Shown here: positions 52,761 to 64,000 of the stretch, piece after piece
Layout of the letters: each line of letters opens with the position of its first letter
How positions within the stretch are numbered: position 1 is the first letter of the stretch
Program-made: the position numbers and the translations under genes
Notes under the pieces: model-generated
Told to the model about the DNA's origin: nothing
The model's input: only the letters and a program-made list of their open reading frames with translations
Database searches by the model: none
Assembly (NCBI GenBank): GCA_964247055.1
Contig: OZ176055.1
Location: 5,580,001 to 5,644,000, forward strand
Direction of reading: 5' to 3'
Origin: Paragordius varius
Lineage: Eukaryota; Animalia; Nematomorpha
Length of the DNA stretch: 64,000 nucleotides

Positions 52761-54046
52761 ATGTGTTTATACCGGGGCGCCGGATTTCAAATTTTTTTAA
52801 TTTTATTTAAAAAAAAATATACAAATATTTCTAATAATACATAAAAAATCACCCATTTATGAGTAGCCATGACCTTCGATCTTGATCAAAATACTCCTTT
52901 GGTATTATCAATACTAACCAAATGCATTTCCTTATCTATTATATCTCTTCAGTTTACCTTCAAGCGCCTACTTTCTTAATCTCAGCCTGTTCATATCCTT
53001 CGTGAAACCTACCTTCAAATATTCGCTTTAAATCACCAAAGTGTCAGATATAAGGATAGGATCATTATTGATATTATATAATTTTCTAACAAAATTATAT
53101 ATATTGCTTATAAATGTTAAAATTTTTTAAATTTAAAATTGAAATTATAAGGAAGAGCAAATTCGAAAATAAATGTCGATTATATTTTCTTTACCAATTT
53201 AGGGCATAGTATCTACATACATTTTTTTTCTTTTTCCTTTTTTTGTTTCCCTTATAACCTTTTTTTTGGTTGGGCTGAATAAGCATGTTATTTATTCACG
53301 TGTTTCTTTTTATGACGGGTCAAATTTCCCGATCACGGTTTTTTAAAAAAATTGAGGGGTTGCATGTAGGGGGCGCCATCACCGATTCTTGCACCGGATG
53401 CCAGAAATGCAACCTCACTGCTAATCAAATATATTAGTTCAAATTTGTTCGAAATATCGTAACGTAAGCAAAATCTTTGATTGGAATTAATGTAGCTTTC
53501 CGATAATTTTTAAAATTTATTTTACCCTATTCAAAGATGAATATTAATTTTATCGGATAATTTTCAGATGATATTTAATATATTTGGTTAATAACTCTTT
53601 TTTGCGATATATATAAAGAAAATAGGGTAAAAACAAAATTATACTATATTAACATACAAATTATATTGGTTGAATTTAATAAATACACATTTATTTTTAT
53701 TTTTATAATTAATTTAAATATTAATTTTGTCACATTACCAAACCTATGATACTTTTAAAAAAAAATATGTACCATACCAATCTTAATCAAATACGGAAAA
53801 TATGTGAAATTTAAAACTTTAAAAACATCACCATATAATGTTTACCTATCTCATACATAAAAAACATTAATTATTTTTATAATGTTGTTTTCAGTTTAAA
53901 CATTACAATTGATTTGTCAACCTTTTCCTTTCAACAAATCACATTATTTGGGAGCATTTAAGCATAAGAAATATTGTCATTTATTCAATCTTATACTTGA
54001 TTTATTTTTATTTGATAAAAATATTTTGTAAAATAAGTTATTATAT

Positions 54047-57000
54047 ATGAATCGATTCATAATTCTATTGTTTGGGTTATTCAATTTGATGACGTTTGCC
54101 GAAAGTGCATTCACACAAAAGGATAGAAATTCTATCGTTAGGTATCATAATGAAATTAGGGCCCACGTTAAGCCCCCATCTAATGGCATGTTCAAATTGG
54201 TAAAAAAAATATTCTTATCTTTTTTTCTATCAATTTAATTTTTGTTACCTAGAAATGGAATGAAGACGCTTATGAAAATGTTCAAAAATTCGTGAATGCA
54301 TGTGTGTTTGACCACAATACCAATAAGGAACGGGCCATCAAAAGTAAGAAAATTTTGAATAAATTGAAAAAATAAAAACGGAATATTTACTACTTTTTTT
54401 CCGCCAGGTCACAAAGGTTTTTAACAAAAAAAAATCAAAAAAATTTTCTTTTTGTTTGAAAAAGAGTTGGATGATTAAGATATATTAGTATATTTCGTTA
54501 CTCTCATTAAGTATTAACCCAATCATTACAACTTTATTCTTGTTTTAATAACCATAGTGCTTTAAAGTAATTTGTGATTTCATCCTGTTCCACATTAAGA
54601 TTTGCAAAGGGATAAAGAGAATGATAAATAATGTCATTACTTTCCCAGGGAATTGTTTCAATTCCAATTATTATTATTTTCCAATGTAAACTGAAATAAA
54701 ACCTTTTATTAAAAACTACAAAACACGATTTTTCCATGAATATATAGGAAAATATTTATAGAATATTGAAGATATTTTATATGCGGGCGTTTAATACCGG
54801 GCCCATATTTAAGATGAACCCAGATTTGAGACCAAAAAACGTCATTATTTTTTACAAAGAATTTCTCTTACTTAGGGGAATGAAATTGGGAGATGTATCG
54901 GGATTCTTAAAATGAATTTTGCATTGTTTTCAAAATTAATTTTAGATTATGACAATGATGTGCCAAACAAAGCTTGACTAAGAAAATTAAATTCGTTCTT
55001 AACCGAGCATTTACAGAAAATAAATAAAATATCGTGTAGCATGCCCTGGGTGTTAAATTTGCTTGGTCAGTTTAAATCATTAAGTCGATAAGCTTCAGAT
55101 TTTTTCAGCTTGGTCCACAAATCGCACCGAATTTGGCCATCAACATTAGTTTGTCAAGCATACAGGAATATGGCAATCAAATTTAAATAGTCCAATATTT
55201 CAGCAAAATCTTTCTTATTTTTAGAGAGTATAATAATGCTCTATTTAACTTGGCTCAAATATAAATAAAATCGTAAGAGATCTTTTCATAGCAACATTTC
55301 ATTTATAACCATAAAATATAATAATAACACCTCGGAATTAAACATTTATTATATGATAAAATATACGAAAATTTAACGGATTTTTCCACATTTTTAAACG
55401 GTACACTACTTTGGTGACAAACGACTTTTGAGGATGTATATTACTAATTCTATTTACAGTAAATAAATATAAAATATTTATAGGGTTAAGTAGCTTAAAT
55501 CTTTCAAATTTTATTTCCATTTTTAAAATAAGGAATCTATTCCATGCAAAATGAATATGAAATTATTTCTGTAATTCAATATTGGTGGCGAGGACAAAAT
55601 CTTTAATTTTTTAATAATGCTTACGAATTAGTTACGCTTTTTTATACTATAAAAATAGTTAAAAACTAAAAGTTTTATATTTATTAAAGGTTATTCTAAG
55701 GGCGGTGGTCAAAACATTTATATTAGCACGAAACGCGTTTTCTGGAAAACGGCCATTGAAGATTGGAATAGCGAAAGGAAAAACTTTACATTTGGATCTG
55801 AGAATAACAATTTTACGGACGTTGGTCATTATACTCAAGTATATCATATGTATATAAAAAATACTAAAAGTTGTTTTAATTTACTTAAATCAGTAATTTC
55901 CAAAAAATGTTCTCCTTTTTTCTAAACCGGGTGTATCATGGAGGATAAACACTTTATGGTATACTTATTAATATATACCAATCGGCAGCTTTACGAAAAA
56001 TTTTATAGAAATTATTACAAAAGATTATTGATGCCCTAAAAATGTCTTTATTTATTATCCCAATGTGTTAACAATTTAAATAATTTAGAATAATTTCATC
56101 TCCAAAAAAACGTAATATTTTTGTGGTGTTAAAAAATGTTCTCTCCTTTATATTTACGATTTAAGGGGAATCAAAAATGCATATTCCGCACACATTCATA
56201 ATAAGTAATATTTAAAATCATTATTTTCAGAATATAGGAATCGGCTGAAAATGTAAATTAATTCAAATATTAAATAATAATATTTAATTGAACCAAAAAG
56301 TGACCAACATCTGCTGCGTTAACCTTAAAATACCAACTAAATTTGAATGACAAATGGAATCGTTAAACAAGCGCAATCTAACTTTACTTTCCTTTAAATT
56401 CTAATCATAATAACACATGTTTAGAAGATTTAAGTTAACCAAATGATTTGAACTTAATAGCGCGAAATTTACGATTTTTCGGTAGTTATATTTATTCCAG
56501 ATATTTTTCATAAACTTAAAATAATTATAATACACTTGTCTATAAAAAATGCAATTTATCACCATATTTATTCTCTATTTTCAGTCACCAAAAAACCTAA
56601 ATCACTTGGCCAATTTTGTTTACAATTATTAAATGGGTGAGAGGATATACGATTTTTTAAAATATTATATGCTAATTCTTAGGTTAGAGTGTTTAACGAT
56701 ATTTATTAAATTTATTTTATATTTTAAGCTTGTATGGGGAACAACAAGGGAAGTTGGATGTGCCTACAAAAAATGTCCGGATTTTCATTTATATGCATGC
56801 CATTACTATCCAGGGTATAATTATTAGTTATAAAACTAGCGAAACATATTCATTAATATTAGGGTATTATGCTTTATTTTATACAAGATATGGTTATTTT
56901 AGAAAATATTATTTTTAAAATATGTTTTTGTCAAAATGGTATAATATTTCATTGAAAATATGAATTAATTATTATATTTATCAAATGGTATTTTTCAAAA

Positions 57001-57426
57001 ATAAATAGCGGTAACATCGGTTCTCAATTAAATACTCCGTATCGCAAAGCGGCTGACGGAACACAAAGTTGCAAAGGATGTATTAAAGGATTAGTCTGCG
57101 TAATGAAACCCCCAAATTTAAAAAATCGCTTGCTGGAAAAGTGTGGTAAAAATCAAATATATGTTGATCAATACTTAATACATTGAATCTTTTACTAAAT
57201 TATAATCCGTAAGAAATATTTTCCAATTGATTTTAAATTATAAAAACAATGAAGTTTGATATAAGCTCATGTATGATGTGTAACTTTATGCAATTGGATT
57301 CGAATTTTAGAGACGATATGTGTGGATCAATTGTCAAATTGTGTCGATCTCAAAACTCAAAATAAATGCATTCAATTTCAATCGGATTGTGCGGCAACAT
57401 GTAACAAAAAGTGTCAAAAAATTTAA
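54047..57426 (+). CDS. Secreted CAP/SCP (CRISP-like) protein with a C-terminal ShKT-like Cys domain
   Basis: Exons 54047-54199, 54253-54343, 55690-55838, 56729-56814, 57009-57145, 57311-57426; phases consistent. Signal peptide, HNEIR, W..E...F, VGHYTQLVW..T.EVGCA, YACHYYPGGN, and the terminal CVDQLSNC....QNKC.....CAATC...C pattern. Confidence 0.9.
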
Positions 57427-57736
57427 GGATAGTCATTCGAAACCCCATAAATATAGAAATTAGAAAAGATATATTATGTAGAATTTTAGATTTTATTCAA
57501 TTTTTTTATAACCTGACACTTAACAGAATGTATGAGAGCTATATCAATTATTGGCAATGACTAATTTGGTTTATAAAAAATTGACACTGATTTATATTTA
57601 AATTAATAATTCATTCAGTTGATATAAGGTTATCGATTTAACACGTAAAAACTGGCAAAAGGAATTCATATACTAAATATAAAAGATTTATTAATGTAAT
57701 TTAACATAAACTCTACATTACATAAATGTATTTATT

Positions 57737-60700
57737 TCAAGCAGCATATTTAATACGTCGCAGGTTTCGATTAATCTAAATATATTGATAAAATAAACAG
57801 AAAAAATAAAAATATATTACAAATCAAGAAATCTACCTCATCAAATCTCAAAGTTTGTTTCAAAAAGTATTCACCAATTTTACGTTCAACCTTTCCATCT
57901 GACACAACTAAAATGGCTTGATTCGGTTGTTTGCTTTCATTTGCTGAACGAAAAAAGTTAAAAATGTGAATATTTATATATAGCTAGTCATTTATTGCCA
58001 GATGGCATTTACAGCAAAAAGCATTCATTATAAATGGTCAATAAAATAAAAGGCAAAAAATGAATATAGGCCAATGTATCTGGCAATATTTGATAAAAAT
58101 AGATTTATCACTCAAAAAAATCAGCACCCGGTTAAAAAGCCTCAGTCATAAGTAACAAAAAGTTTAAGATAGAATTCTTCATGAAAAAATGTAAATACAA
58201 GACTCACTCTTTTCATTGTTTGAAACAAAAGTGATAGCAATTTCAGCATCAGGTATAAGTTGCGAAAGTAGGGCTAACGTTACACTCGATGTCCCGAGCG
58301 AGGGGAAATTCATGTAAGGTCCACCCAGGGCATCATCTTGCCCCAAAATGTTTGTGGATAAATCTGGGCTGTTAGCCGCTGAAAGGGTAACACTAACTAA
58401 CGTTTCTCTCATCTCGCGAGATTTTTGCTGTTATAAAACGTGAAAATTGTAGGTTTGGTATGATAATGAAATTAGTTAACATAAATCTCTAAAAGGGCAT
58501 TATATACTAAATTACCAGTAAAGGAAGGTTTATAGGTATTCGTTTATTTTTTGTAATTCACATTAACTCATTTACATGTAAAGCATCCCTTATTCACAAC
58601 ATATATAGACATTTTTTACTTTAGCCAGTGCTGACATCGTAACATTTAGAATTTTCCAAATATTTTACTTGATAGCATCAAGCTAAGAAACACGCTAACT
58701 CAAAAACCATTTTTATATATTTATATTCAATTATAGTTTTTTTGTAACATAGAGTGTAATTTACAACATATCATTAATATTAAACCTTATAAAGTAAAAG
58801 AAGGGTAGTTATATCATGTTCCGTATATTTAACATTCCCAATCGTGCTAACTAGATGTGCCAACTTTGCAAGCGGTAATGTCGTATACAATTTAGTAACA
58901 TTTCTCAAAACAGCTAAGGATGCACTTTGTTTCATCTCCTCGGCAAACGTTGATGCTATCAAACTTTTTTGCTTTTTGAAAAGTCAACAAAACCACATAT
59001 AAATTAATTAAATTAATAATTTAGAAAAGTTAATTTACGAAAATTTAAATTTACCCCATCCAATGTGTATTGTAACATATCGATATAAACTTCATTAAAG
59101 CATGCCATGTAAGCGGTAACATCCCTATATAATTATAATAAAATATTTTATATTTCCCTTACTAAAAATATGTAGGAGTGTGCTCCAAATAATACAATCT
59201 AAAAAAGCTAAACGTTGAATTCAATTTAAACCATATAAAAAATAACTTGGCTTATCGTTAAAAGGCATAAATAAAAAAATAAATCGGTTAACATATATTC
59301 TCTTTCAATTGCAAATTTATTTGGGATGGAAAACGGTTTAAAATTAAAATTTTTCATATTCATTGGTTTAAAAAATAAAATTAAATAGGTAGACATTACC
59401 CTTTGTACATAGAATTAAAGCATTCAGCTAACATGGGATCCCTTAAATGAGCGCTTGTTGTTTCATCCAATGTAATGGGTAACAGAGTTGTGCATACGGC
59501 AAGCATTGCTTTACATTTAGCTTCCAAATTTTTGTGCTTAAAAAATTTTTACGTTTTTTTTGATACAAATGAGAGTGTAAAATTATATGTCGACGTTGGT
59601 TAAAATTAAAAAAATTTAAAACTTCTTATATAAATAAAAACAAGTTTATTTGATTTATTATGAGGCAGCTATAGTAACTTAGGAAATATAAAATTATCGT
59701 CATCATAAATATTAATTATTTCGGGTACACCTATAAAAAATTGTCAACTAATTTATTTGGCTCATAGTAAATATATTTATAAACGCAGAAAAATATCTAT
59801 ACCTGCAAAGTAAACTCGTAGGAAAGTGTCAAATCCCTTTTATACAAAGCATTCAAAAGAAGAATGGAAAGTCTAGCGCATGTGGCATATTCACGGGCAC
59901 ACAGAGCTGCAAAAGCCCCATAAAACAGATAAGTAGCCTTACAGTCATAAACTAGTACGGTCTATTACAGTAAAAAATTGGAAAATATAAAGATGAAACG
60001 TATAAAAATATAAAGACAAATTTTTTTTAAAAAAAAATCAACCATATTTTAAAACCTTTATTTTTTATGCTAAACTTATACAAAAATATAGATATAATGA
60101 CACATAATAAATGATATAGAAATGTAATTATATTATGGAGGAAATATCAAAGTTAAAAATATGGTTGTTTTTAAAAATATTTAGTTATTCTTTATGTGTA
60201 TTAATTTTTACTATAATATGTTTGAGAAAAAAATAGCAAAAAGAAATGCTTTTTTAACTAAATTTCAAAATTGCAAATCACGAAACTTACAGCACTCTCC
60301 AACTCCATTTCCTCCAAACACTTTAGGGCTTGATAAAAATCGCCAAAAATGGTGTTAAGCTTGAGATTTTGAATCGTACTGTAAATCCCAAATAATCGTA
60401 TCATTTGATAGTAGGGCGATTTACTAAACTCTATATGGTAGATAACAAAAGTCATATATACCATTTACAATTCATAATCACTCTTGAACAATTCAAATTC
60501 ACCCATAAATTATGTGTTTTCGGGCTAATATATCTCATCATTAATATAAAACATATTCTTATGGCATAGTTTATTATTTTTTCAGTATTATATCAATTTT
60601 TAACAAAATTTCATTTCATAAGAAAAATATATAGGTATTTTTTAATTTTAAAAAACACATAATTTATTTTAGGGTGGATTTGAATTGTTCAAGGGTAAAT

Positions 60701-62390
60701 TTGAACTGTAAATGGTTTATTAAAAATGGTTACCCTATAAATGAAAAAAACAAAGTTGATCTGTTTTATAAGTTATGTTGGTTATTATTGTTCTCAATTT
60801 ATTTTTTTAAATTAAAATAACATATATAACATACTTGAGGCCATTATGAAATCAGATAGCATTTGGAACACAAAGGCCGGTTTCCATATCTTTTGAATAT
60901 ACAAAAAAATTTTTAACACATTTTATAAAAATTAAAAATAAAGTTTTACCGGTTTGTTGGGATTAGCAGGTATGGGTTCATTTCTTTCTTCGGCCAATTT
61001 TTGAAACTTGATAAATTCCAAAAACTATGAAATACAATAAATGCATGAAAACATCCTATTTAAAAGCATATTATTTAAAATTAGTTACAAATGATAATAT
61101 CCTAAAAAAATTTTATGCAAAAAAATAATAACTGATCCTTTTTTAAATAAAAGTTAAAATATAAGGAAAAATTAATATGAAAATTTAATTAATTAACTAG
61201 AGTACTAAGACCGGAGACGGTTAATATGAAACTCCGCGTTTAAAAGTTTAAAAGATGCAGTTTATCCAAACTATATGAAGTAATTGTAAATATTATAAAA
61301 TTATTTCAAAAGTTGTCGAAAAATATACATAGTTAAAAAAATCATATTCGTGTAAAAGGATTTTATTGTTTAAATTTAAATTATCGATTAAAGTAAAAAT
61401 TATTACGGCTAATTGCATGCATCAATTTAACTTTTTGGCAATAAAAAATTTTAAGGAAATGCTTAAGAAAAACCGGTAAAACCACTTAAAACGGAAACCA
61501 AAAGCATTTCCAGTTTTTATAGACATTCAAAACCAAACTTCGAAACCTTTTTAATAATATTTAGATAAAAACTGGACCTAAAAAAAATTAAAATCATATA
61601 CATATTCCTATAAAATAAAAATTAAATTATCACTTTTTATCTAAATTTAACATAAAGGGGGTTAAGTATAAAATTAAAGTAAGATTTACTCCTCCAAACA
61701 GTAATGAAAACTATCATTAGCAAACAAAAAAATTGTTCAAAATAAAAGCATTACGATAAAATGTCAATGGCCAAAGTTAATTAATTCATAATTAACAATA
61801 TTAATCTAAAAATAACAAATCGAAATATATATCGTGGCCCCTACTTGATAGGTAAAACTTTCAAGTATGTCCCAAATCCACTGCTTTGGTAAAAACATTT
61901 GTCGAGTATTTTCGTCTTTTAACAAATATCCAAACAATTTGTGATGCATGAAAAAACTTTCATGAAATTCTTCGTACGTGGCTTTCCGCTGAAAATTAAA
62001 AAACAATAAATACTCGCATAAAAAGAAGTTTAAACCGAAGTTGGTCATAGAGTAATTCGAAAATTCCAATTACTAAAATAATATTTATTTTAATACTTTC
62101 AATATGTTTCTCAAATAATTCAACAGGGGGTAAAAGTTGATTTGGAAAAAAAGCATCCACAAATGAAGGAAATCTAAATTAAATTTTAAAATACTCATCA
62201 TATGCATGTTGAATTTCATTGGGCTTTTTTTCATTAATATAACGCTGAAAATTTTCAAAATAGTCAATGACCGGTTTAGGGATATCCATCTGTCAATGCT
62301 TGATTTCGTAAAAAGAGTGCTTAGTATGGTTATAAATACAGTGTTGTATGGTTTATTTGATAACAGGTTATTAATATATTGTTTTAGCAT
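57737..62390 (-). CDS. EIF3L: Eukaryotic translation initiation factor 3 subunit L (divergent)
   Basis: Exons 62340-62390 (uncertain; Met at 62289 is an alternative start), 62195-62289, 62097-62173, 62014-62072, 61845-61988, 60950-61024, 60835-60889, 60291-60430, 59803-59961, 59400-59536, 59055-59124, 58786-58971, 58208-58427, 57837-57943, 57737-57775. Motifs LPKQWIWDILESFTYQF, GDFYQALKCLE, KLYTTLPLAKLA, KVERKIGEYFLKQ. Confidence 0.88.
60456..60720. mobile_element. Small MITE-like inverted-repeat element in an eIF3L intron
   Basis: 60456-60504 and 60672-60720 are ~49-nt imperfect inverted repeats (CCATTTACAATTCATAATCACTCTTGAACAATTCAAATTCACCC / GGGTGGATTTGAATTGTTCAAGGGTAAATTTGAACTGTAAATGG). 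Confidence 0.55.
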
Positions 62391-62749
62391 ATAAAATCAT
62401 ATTTTATCATGATATTAATTATTGTTTGGATTTATAAATTACATAAAATGTTTAAACTTTATCTTTAGGGTTCTATGCCAGAATACCATCTCAATTTTAA
62501 TAACTAAAAAATCTTTAATTCAAGCAATAATAGAATATATAAATTTTATGGCTGTTTAATATAAAAAATAATTGTAAAATGTAAAGCAATCCATTACTAT
62601 AAAAAATATATAACGATTCTAAATCATAATTTATATCCTTATACTTTCTATTTTGTTAAACAGCGTTTAATTTTAAATATTTTGGAGGACACATTTAGAT
62701 TGTAATGCAAACAGTAATATGTTAACCCTAATTTAGAACAAATTACATT

Positions 62750-63801
62750 TACTTGGATACAACACATTCATTTCAGTCTTTCGATACAAATTTGGGGTAG
62801 TTGAATACTCCATGCCTGTTTAAATTTAAATAAAATTCAAAAATATAAAATGAATTCAAACCATGGCAAAATGCACTCATATAACATTAATAAATTGAAA
62901 TATATAAAGTTTATTCAAAAATACTTGATATTACTTATTAGGTAAAACCTTAAGGTAAAAATTTAGTCTATGTGTCCATTAGCTAAATTAAAAAATAATA
63001 CAAAATAAACCACTCTCCCTGCTTCTCAATGTTAGATGTGATTAAATAAAAAATTAGCTTAAATTTTTAAAATTAAACAAACACTATATTTTTCAAAAAT
63101 GTTTGATGTGAAACTTTTTTTTCAAAACTAAATTTTGTTTAGATATTTCAGCCTATTTATATATTTTTTACTAGGATAGAAGTATAAATTTAAACTAGGA
63201 CCGTTTCTTTCGGTAGTTTTTTTATATAATTACTTAACCCTTGTGTAACACATTCATTTTAGTCCTTCGATTTAATTTGGGGTAGTTGCATACCCCAGGC
63301 GTGTTTAAAACTAAATTCTTTAAAAAATATGAAATGAATTGAAATCATAGCAAAAGATTGCACCTATATAACCTTAATAAACCGAAATATATAAACATTT
63401 ATTTAAAAATACTTGATATTACTTATTTTAATAAAAAACCCAAAGATAAAAATTTAGTCAACGTGACATGTGTGCAATGGTAAAATTGAAAATAATACAA
63501 AAAAACCCGTTTTTCTATTTTTATCAATGTTAGATGAATTAAAATTAAAATTTAGCTTTAATTATTTCCTTAAAATAAAATGAAGACGATATTTTGCAAA
63601 ACTTTTGTAAAATAAAAATGGCGTCGAAATAGTTTTAGAACTTTTTTTGCAAAACAAAATTTTATCTAGATATTTTGGCTTATTTATATAATTTTTATTA
63701 TGATAGAAGCATTATTTAAATTGTTACAATTTCCTTCAGTTAAAAATAATAATTTAAATTAATGAGGTATTTAGATACCCCAATTTGAATCAAAATGTTA
63801 A
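62750..63801. mobile_element. Two tandem family C MITE copies
   Basis: ~62750-63233 starts ACTTGGATACAACAC; 63234-63801 runs TTAACCCTTG..CAAAATGTTAA. Both are collinear with 19538-20095. Confidence 0.65.
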
Positions 63802-64000
63802 GGGACAAAGACAGTCCAAAATATCTTAACACTTCACTACTTTTTTTTGTACAGACTTGTTTTGTGTTAGATTTAACCAAACTACTGTTTTAAGGGTTGT
63901 TTTGGTTAAAATTCAATTAACAAACATTGTTCTTCATTATAATTTTTTGTATTTTTTGTAGATAGAATTGAAAAAAATACATTAAAATCAATAAAAAAAA

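Noticed and set aside
52772-53420. GC-rich GGGGCGCC motifs suggesting a hAT-type MITE remnant
   Set aside because: Termini and TSD could not be defined and there is no second copy in the window.
62440-62510. Frame VIKIEMVFWHRTL resembling the eIF3L VIKNFIQYFHKT segment
   Set aside because: That segment is better matched by IPKPVIDYFENFQRY at 62289, which continues in phase into conserved sequence.
1-64000. tRNA, rRNA, snRNA, CRISPR array or non-standard genetic code
   Set aside because: No such structures were recognised by eye, although a covariance-model scan was not possible. The repeats are dispersed TEs rather than spacer arrays, and all gene models translate in the standard code with GT-AG introns.

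Overview
Very AT-rich, intron-rich animal genomic DNA in the standard code. The proteins are strongly diverged, which suggests a fast-evolving, possibly parasitic invertebrate; the taxon cannot be fixed from this window. I reconstructed nine multi-exon genes by hand from GT-AG boundaries, phase continuity and similarity to family motifs as I recall them: RAD1 (+), ITPK1 (-), SmD2/SNRPD2 (-), a secreted mucin-like Cys-module protein (-), a ZYG-11 family CRL2 substrate receptor (+), a periostin/TGFBI-like four-FAS1 protein (-), an activator-type E2F (-), a CAP/CRISP protein with a ShKT-like tail (+) and eIF3L (-). A probable first exon of a tenth gene runs off the left edge. Intergenic DNA and large introns are mosaics of non-autonomous elements: TA-flanked Tc1/mariner-like MITEs, TTAA-flanked piggyBac-like MITEs including ~1 kb foldbacks, short Helitrons, and a decayed RTE LINE nested in a hAT/Charlie-like shell. 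Three observations stand out. (1) Eight spliceosomal introns of only 21-26 nt all lie within ~400 nt of a start codon, while downstream introns of the same genes are 57-1100 nt. (2) The fasciclin carries two long K/D/E polyampholyte insertions at the same position in FAS1 domains 1 and 4, each ending in a convertase-type basic site followed by Gln-Leu. (3) A pair of inverted E2F-type sites lies just upstream of the E2F gene. No database search or RNA data could be used.
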